64,000 nucleotides of DNA from Octopus vulgaris. Lineage: Eukaryota. The stretch is taken from the NCBI GenBank assembly GCA_951406725.2, contig OX597842.1, positions 11,160,001 through 11,224,000 of the forward strand, read 5' to 3'. Below the pieces are notes generated by a model. The model ran no database searches. It saw only the letters and a list, made by a program, of their open reading frames with translations, and had not been told where the DNA came from. Position 1 is the first letter of the stretch. Every line of letters starts with the position of its first letter. The position numbers and the translations under genes are program-made. Below are positions 54,801 to 64,000 of the stretch, one piece after another.

Positions 54801-55042
54801 TTGGGTTGGTGCATAATTATTGCGGCTTTTTTCCGACAGATTTTATTCAACAAACACAATAACTACATGCAACAAAAACATTTCTAAATTATTATTCCGG
54901 AGCATATTCACTATCTGCCTCATTCACTGTTTCCCATTTGCTTGGCAGACGGTCAGACCGTCATTCAAAGATGTCTTTGTTAAATGTTTTTGTTGAAAAA
55001 ATTTGTTGGAAAGAAACCGTTAAAATTATGCACCAACTGCAA
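54801..55042. mobile_element. Mariner-derived MITE
   Basis: TA-TTGGGTTGGTGCATAATTATTGCGG...AATTATGCACCAACTGCAA-TA. Homologous to 47385-47642. A further end fragment lies at about 54150-54220. Confidence 0.85.
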
Positions 55043-55499
55043 TACGTAACAATTTCGTAGAGAACGACTGGTTGGTCGTAGATGGAACGTCTGTGTCGAT
55101 AAATTTGATTTAGTTCAGGAATGACCTGCAGCTATTCAACACTGAAGGACAGTACAATGGGAGGGCTTAGGCTGCTAGACACAACAGCTAAATGCATCAC
55201 ATCATCGTCAAACGTCCTCGTTCAAAATATATTCAGTTCTCTCAGTACGTAGGTAAACGGGATCGTCACGGATGGCTTTGATCGAAGGCGATTGGGGTTA
55301 AACCACAACAACATGGGCAAGAACAAGTAGCGAAGCCCGACAACCGAAAAGATTCTGTCTGACCTGCTAGAAATACGAGTCAAAAACAAATACCAAATAC
55401 TCGGTCAAATCTGTTTGAATATGTCAGACTCTCAGATTTTGTCTGCAATTATCTCCACAACTTTCTCCCGCTCTCTCGTCTGTGTCCATAATTATTGCT

Positions 55500-55583
<84 letters not shown>

Positions 55584-55793
55584 ACGTGTGAGTGTGTGTG
55601 TGTGTGTATGTAAGTATGTCTGTAGATATGTATATCACATATTTTTAGATTCAGTTAAATAGACACACAGACCTCCAGAAAGACAGGAAGATAGATAGAT
55701 AGGAAATTGGATACACCACACATACATTCATTTGTTTATATATATGCATGTATGTGTGTATGTGTATATATATATATATGTATGTATGTATAT

Positions 55794-55865
<72 letters not shown>

Positions 55866-55889
55866 ATATATGTATATATATACATGCAG

Positions 55890-55932
<43 letters not shown>

Positions 55933-56052
55933 GTGTGTGTGTGTGTGTACACAAGTACCGAATACGTATGTATACGTATGTGTTTTCGTATACATACACT
56001 CATATCTGTGTATGTGTACACACACACATATATATACGTATATATATATATC

Positions 56053-56113
<61 letters not shown>

Positions 56114-56856
56114 GATACATATATATATAAAGAAAGTGAGGGAGAGAGAGAGTGAGAGCGAAGGAGGTACCTATTACGTATGTATATAGATATGTGCACA
56201 TACATACACACACATACACACACACAAACACAAAACCACCCTGCCCGCCACACACACCCACATCCCTGACTAGCCTAATCACCACTATTGTTGAGGCCAG
56301 ACTCTCAAGATTAAGTCCGAGTAAATATAGATGTTTATCTAGTTTAGCTATGTATATCATTGGATTAGTTTTACTATCTGTTGTTAATTACACACACACA
56401 CGCGCGCGCACACATATGCACAGGCGCTATCTTAAATGTAGCGTGTTAGTTATTTACGATGGGTTTTGTATACATCAAGTATTTAGTATGTATTCTTATC
56501 TGACGGTCCACTTGTCTATTTAACTGTCTACGTCTTGTGTATGGCTGTCTATGTTATCTATATCACTCTCTCTCTCTCTCCATCTCTCACTCTCTCTAAG
56601 TGTTTATTTTATATACACACTTTATTTTTGTATATATATATATATATATATATACTTTCCCTCTATGCCTACGTGAATTGTTTTTGAGTATACATTGTCT
56701 GGAAGACTCTTCTTGCAGTAGAGGAAATAGCTAAATTCTTTGGGTGCTATTTTTAAAGTTCGGTGTTTGGTAAAGTAACTTTTTTTGTTGAACCCTAATT
56801 ATATATATATATATATATATATATAGATAGATAGATAGATAGATATATATATATAT

Positions 56857-56910
<54 letters not shown>

Positions 56911-57102
56911 TCAAATGAATATGGTACTTAACTTAGATGCACCAGAATTTTTTTATGGTATTACCCATAAAATTATGTTGGGTGATTATAACCCAAAACT
57001 AAGCAACAAGAATGGATCGGTAGTTTAGTACAATTGTTTCATACTATAACAATTTATTAAAGCTGCAAATATTACAACAAATATAAGTTACTTATTTTTT
57101 GG

Positions 57103-57163
<61 letters not shown>

Positions 57164-57201
57164 GTGTGTGTGTATAAGGGTGAAAAGAAACACACGAGTT
57201 G

Positions 57202-58062
57202 ATATATATGGAAAAACAAGTCAAAAATAGAAAATGCTAAAATAATTTTATAGTGAACATTTCAGTACCGGTTTCGGTCATTTTGAGACCTTTTCAACTG
57301 TAACGATTAAATAATTAAATTTAGAAAAATTAGAAGAAAAGTTTTTTTAAAGGAATATTTCTATAGTAGTGTTCAGATATAAGTGGCATTAATATTCTCC
57401 CTTCTCTGTTTTTTTCTTCTTCTTCCTCTTCTTCTTCATCATCATCATTATCATCATCATCGTCGTCATAATCATCACCACCATCACCATCATCGTCATC
57501 TTCTCCTTCTCCTTCTCCTTCTTCTTCTTCTTCTTCATCATCATCATCATCAACATCGTCATCTTCTTCTTCTTCTTCTTCTTCTTCTTCTTCTTCTTCT
57601 TCTACTTCTCCACCTTCTACCCCTTAACTTTGTCACTAATGTTTTTTAGTATAACACCTACGCAAATTCTATAAACAAGCCTTTCAATAGAAATATTCTC
57701 CTGAATTGAACTGCGACTGGTAGCCGCCACTGACCATTCAAAATACGACCATCAGGGCACTCCCAGATTCTCCCACCCCCTTTCCTCATCAGCCTTCTTC
57801 CTCTACTACCCTACCAAGAACTCACAACGACCTCCAACATACAAGTGCAAACAAGGGAGTCAGAGAAAGGCAGAATGCCACTTATATCTGAACACTACTA
57901 TAGAAATATTCCTTTAAAAAAACTTTTCTTCTAATTTTTCTAAATTTAATTATTTAATCGTTACACTTGAAAAGGTCTCAAAATGACCGAAACTGGTACT
58001 GAAATGTTCACTATAAAATTATTTTAGCATTTTCTATTTTTGACTTGTTTTTTCATATATAT
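57202..58062. mobile_element. Element with 189-bp inverted repeats, each carrying a hammerhead-like fold (resembles Penelope inverted pLTRs)
   Basis: Arms 57202-57390 and 57874-58062 differ at about 3 positions. Motif cag-TTGAAAA-ggtc...gacc-GAAAC-cg-GTA-ctg. Confidence 0.75.
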
Positions 58063-58154
58063 ATATATATATGCTAGATCGCTAGCCACTACACACATTG
58101 TTTTTCTCTCCTTTTTTTCTGTCCTTGTTTCTCTCCTTGTTTCTTTCTGTGTTC

Positions 58155-58190
58155 CTTTCTGTTGAAGAGCGTAGGCTCGAAACATTAAAG
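58155..58190 (+). ncRNA. Decayed minimal hammerhead motif (family G-like, about 58075-58280)
   Basis: cttt-CTGTTGA-a-gagc/gtag/gctc-GAAAC-ATT-aaag. Confidence 0.5.
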
Positions 58191-58443
58191 ACATTTTCAC
58201 TTCCCGAGCGTTAAACTAATACATCTGTTTGTTTTCTACACCACCTGTCTTCGTCTTTTGTTTTCTTGTGAATTATCCCCCTGTATGTATGTGTGTGTGT
58301 GCATGTGTGTTGAAGCCTGTTTGTATCCATGTGCCTGAGTGTTAGTGAGTCTATCTATCCATCAATCTATCAATTTTTCTATCTAACTATCTATCTATCT
58401 ATATCCCTATCTAACACTCTATCAATTTATCTGTCTGTCTATA

Positions 58444-58515
<72 letters not shown>

Positions 58516-59006
58516 AATCTATCTATCTATCTATCTGTCTGTCTCTCTACCTATCTATCTATCTATCTATCTGTGGTAACATATAACAATACTGACCAAG
58601 GTTACCGTGGTCTTTTTCGTAGGCTTTTCTTCCCACGGACAAACCTTACTTGCTTTCCCCTTTACACCATACATCATAACACTGTGATACACGATCCCTA
58701 TTGATCTTTTTTTTCATTTTCTTTTCCTCTTCCCCTTTTTTCTTCTTTTTTTTCATTTCTCTTTTCTTATGTTCCTTTTCCTTTTTTTATTTTTTTATTT
58801 TCTATTTAATTTATTTTTTGTTCTTTTTTTCCCTTTAGATCGAAAACTTACGCCACCTTTTTTTTGTTTCTTTCGTCTTTTGTTTTTTGTTTTTTTCATC
58901 CCCCAAAAGAAAAGCTCTACCTTGTAACTTGTCCCATCTGTGTGCAGCCCTGTGTGGCCAATAAAGAAACTTATCTATCTTTCTTTCTATCTATCTATCT
59001 ATCCAC

Positions 59007-59047
<41 letters not shown>

Positions 59048-59224
59048 CCTCTATCGATCGATCGATCTGTCTGTCTATTGATATCTTTATTAATCCATCA
59101 GTCTGTCTATATATATATCTGTCTATCTATCTTTTTATCTAGCAGTCTGTATGTTTATATCGATATATCTGTCTATGTATCTATCTGTCTACCTATCTCT
59201 CTATCAATCTATCTACACACACAT

Positions 59225-59278
<54 letters not shown>

Positions 59279-59802
59279 TTATGTAATTGGCAAAAGATGA
59301 GTATCCCTCAATGTAACAATATGCGTGTGTGTGTGTGTGTGTGTCTGTATGTCTGTCTGTCTGTCTGACTGTCTGTCTGTCTGACTGTTTGTCTGTCTTG
59401 CCTCTCTGTTTCTTTGTACGTCTGTATATTTACCTACCTCTTTATGTTATCATTCTGGAATCCGATATAAACAGCCGCCAGCACTCCAAGTTAACAAAAC
59501 CGATATGGTCCTGAATAATGGAGACACTGGCGTACAAACAAAGTAAAGAAACAATTGGTGGCGTGTCAACTACACACACACACATATATACATATATATA
59601 TGTGTGTGTGTGTGTATTATATATATATATGTGTATATATATACATATACTCACACGCACATATATATATATATATATATATATAAGTAGATGAATGAAT
59701 TATCCTAGTATGGATAATTCGGTTAATCGATACCTGGGTAGCAAATTCACGTTAGTAAAAGACGGTTGTGTTCGTGTGTGGAAATTTGTATGTTTTTTTG
59801 TA

Positions 59803-59883
59803 TTTCCTGATGAGAAAACGGCATAATGCAACCTTCATTCATTCGGAATTAAGAGTATGCAGTCTTCGAAACATATGTCGAAA
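59803..59883 (+). ncRNA. Type I hammerhead ribozyme motif with canonical core, in a short element at about 59685-59928
   Basis: tttc-CTGATGA-gaaaac.gcata...tatgc.gtcttc-GAAAC-atat-GTC-gaaa. Confidence 0.78.
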
Positions 59884-59928
59884 GTAAAGGAATTTTGTTA
59901 AAGTCTTCGTTCGACTCCATTATTTTCA

Positions 59929-60975
<1,047 letters not shown>

Positions 60976-61001
60976 AAGTGAAAATATTCGCCGTCGTAAG
61001 T

Positions 61002-62493
61002 TAAGCCCGACACGGTTGACTGAACATGTCCGAACAATCAATGCTCTGAATGTTTTCTGTCAAGTGTTTGTAGCGAATGAACACGTGATTAAATTTATAA
61101 CCTTTTGTACGTTTCTCGTTAAGTTCGTGCGTTAGCGTCACGTGACTGCATACGTTGCACTTAAACCGAAAGACGTTTACACTTGAACAACTTATCGATT
61201 TCAAGAATCTAATCGACAGCATAAACCATAATATCAACTTTATCATGGAATACAGTAAAACTCAACAACCATTCCTGGATATATTAATCGTGGAAAGAGA
61301 TAAAATCACTGAAACAGAAATTCACAAAAAAAACAGATTTTGAACAATGCTTACTGTTCTCCTGATGTCATTCCAAACACACGAAGAAGAATATTCCCTT
61401 CAATCTCGCAAGAGGAGTCTGGACAATTGCCTCGAACCCTCAAACTCGCAATAAAAGACTCCAGGAACTAAAACATGAACCACTTAAAAGACGATTATCC
61501 ATTAATGCTAGGAGACAACGGAATAGAACGTGCCAAAGCAATAAATATCGGAGAAGTACGAAAAACGAAAAACGCTCCAGATACATCCAGTTCTCTACAC
61601 TTTATTACAATACACAACCCAAGAAACACAAAGGCTTACTATATTGTCCGCCAGAACATTCCACTTCTAAGACAAGACCCAAGAATGAAACAAGCATTCG
61701 AAATGCACAAAAGTAAAACACAATCAAAGCCCCTAAAAAATTCCTCACAAATGCTAAATTTCCTTCACCAATTCCTACACCAACAGTCAAAAAATGTTAC
61801 TACCCAACTGCGGGACCTGCATCAACCTTACTGAAAACACAGCATACAAATCCAAATCAGGACAGAATTTTACCATAAAAATCACTTTATATGGTTTTCA
61901 AGAAATTTAATAAATGTTATCAAATGTCAAGGATGTAACGAAGATTACATAGGTCAAACAAAGCTTACTCTAAGAAATAGACTGACCATTCACCGGTAAC
62001 AAATACGAGACTCCAATACTAGACAGATTCCACTGAGAGTACACATAGGCATATGTGCAAAAAACAAGTCTCCCAAATTGCAGGTCTACCCATTCTACCT
62101 TTGTTTAGCGAATACCACAGATAGTATAACCAAGACTTAATAAACTTTAAATATTCACACACAAAATTCATTCTGCCACTCATCCTGAGGAAACTACACA
62201 GCTAACAACCTAAGTTTTAGCCACTGGTCTACATACAAACAGATCTTGTCCACTCTCCCACCAGACAAACTAAATACGGAGTGCCTTGAGTATAACCAAA
62301 CCTGTTCACTCAACCGTGTTGGCCTTCTTTTTAAGCGCAAAATATACTTTCACGTGACACTGACGCACGAACTTAGCGAGAAACGCCTAAGAGGTTATAA
62401 ACTCAATCACTTGTTCATTCAATACAAACATTTGACAGAAAACATTCAGAGCATTGATTGTTCGGACATGTTCAGTCAACCGTGTCAGCCTTA
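61002..62493. mobile_element. Fold-back/MITE-like element with about 165-bp inverted arms enclosing a Penelope fragment
   Basis: Arms at about 61002-61170 and 62325-62493 (GACACGGTTGACTGAACATGTCCGAACAATCAATGCTCTG... and its reverse complement). Confidence 0.8.
61175..62300 (+). pseudogene. Penelope-like element remnant (RT C-terminus plus GIY-YIG endonuclease)
   Basis: INFIMEYSKTQQPFLDILI, HSKHTKKNIPFNLAR and NLINVIKCQGCNEDYIGQTKLTLRNRLTIH. Frameshifts and stops present. Confidence 0.88.
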
Positions 62494-62594
62494 CGGACAT
62501 GTTCTTATTGACAGACAGACGGTGATCTGCTTCGTGTTTATAGTATCAGATATAAAAATCTGTTGAGTGAGTGTGCAATATTTCTTTTATAGGA

Positions 62595-62995
62595 AGGCAA
62601 CGAGCTGGCAGAATCGTTAGCACGCCGGGCGAAATGCGTAGCCGCATTTCGTCTGCCCTTACGTTCTGAGTTCAAATTCCGCCGAGGTCGACTTTGCCTT
62701 TCATCCTTTCGGGGTCGATTAAATAAAATACCAGTTACGCACCGGGGTCAATGTAATCGACTTAATCCGTTTGTCTGTCCTTGTTTGTCCCCTCTGTGTT
62801 TATCCCCTTGTGGGTAGTAAAGAAATAGGTATTTCGTCTGCCGCTACGTTCTGAGTTCAAATTCCGCCTAGGTCGACTTTGCCTTTCATCCTTTCGGGGT
62901 CGATAAATTAAGTACCAGTTACGCACTGGGGCCAATCTAATCCACTGTCCCCGTCTCCTAGCATTGCGGGACTTGCGCTTAGAGTAGAAAAGAAT
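62595..62995 (+). mobile_element. SINE family B (internal dimer)
   Basis: GGCAACGAGCTGGCAGAATCGTTAGCACGCCGGGCG, with GAGTTCAAATTCCGCC occurring twice. Confidence 0.9.
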
Positions 62996-63566
62996 ATTTC
63001 TTTTATAGGACAAAAAATTACGCTATTCATACATAGCTTTAATTGCTTCGAGATTCACTGTCCCAAAACAAAAATTTATATTTGGTCAGAGGTTACATCT
63101 TGCAAGACACTTGCCCAAGACGCTTGCCCAAGAGGAGCTAAACCCGAAACCTCGCGGCTCCAAGGCAAATATCTTCTCATCACAGCCAAGCCTACTTTTC
63201 GAATAACCTCGTAGAAACGTTACAGGAATGGTGGAAACCAAGATTAATTAATTATTAAGAGTAATACCTACCGTGGATTTCCAATAAAGCTTTCGCGTCA
63301 TATTTAACGTATCATATATGTGCGAAAAGAAATATATGCACATATATATACACGCATACACATACTACACATACACATATAACAAGTATGTTCGTGTATA
63401 TATCTGTGTGTGTATGTGTGTGTGTATACGTGTGTGTATGAGCTTGATTATTGGCATATAATCCGTTCGTCTTTATTAATATTATATACTGACACACACA
63501 CACACACACACACATACAGATATATATACATATATATATATGTATATATGTATGGGTATATATATG

Positions 63567-63598
<32 letters not shown>

Positions 63599-63754
63599 TT
63601 TTATATATATATATATATATATATCAGCAATGATACACGTAACCCCGGACAAATCCATATATGCACAAAGAGAAAGATGTGTATATATATATATATATAT
63701 ATGTGTGTGTATATATATACATCTATATATATGTATGTAAGTATATATATATAC

Positions 63755-63785
<31 letters not shown>

Positions 63786-64000
63786 TACACACATATATAT
63801 AGAGAGAGATAGAAAGGGAGACAGAGTATATATACACATATAGTATATATTTATTCTTATAAATATTTCATTCGTGTGTATATAATTCGTATTATATAAC
63901 CACGTAATTGTATGCGTGTGTATAAAGACGCGTATATATATATGTGTGTGCATATATAATCTCATACATATCCAGATGTATTTGCAAATGTTTCTATTAA

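Overview
AT-rich eukaryotic non-coding DNA dominated by microsatellites ((TA)n, (CA)n, (TTA)n, (GAT)n, (CATA)n, (GATA)n, (GGT)n) and transposable elements. The repeat content suggests an octopus or other coleoid genome; this is an inference. I could not identify a host protein-coding exon, and almost all ORFs in the track are microsatellite translations. Supported elements: three tRNA-derived SINE families (labelled A, B and C here), a long 5'-truncated CR1/L2-group LINE ORF2 (48165-50715) whose 3' tail is shared with SINE A, three more LINE 3' fragments, two R4/Dong-type RLE LINE remnants, two decayed mariners, a rosa-like Tc1/mariner, mariner MITEs, non-autonomous Helitrons and a Penelope-like (RT + GIY-YIG) remnant sitting inside a fold-back element. 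The most notable signal is about 10 type I hammerhead ribozyme motifs with covarying stem I, carried by short non-coding elements lodged in (TA)n tracts. They include a 287-bp near-perfect palindrome (51022-51308) with a hammerhead on each strand, and an inverted pair at 57202-58062. A few unique islands carry clustered POU/Sox, YY1/ETS or CTCF-like motifs and may be cis-regulatory. Coordinates were counted by hand and element boundaries are approximate.
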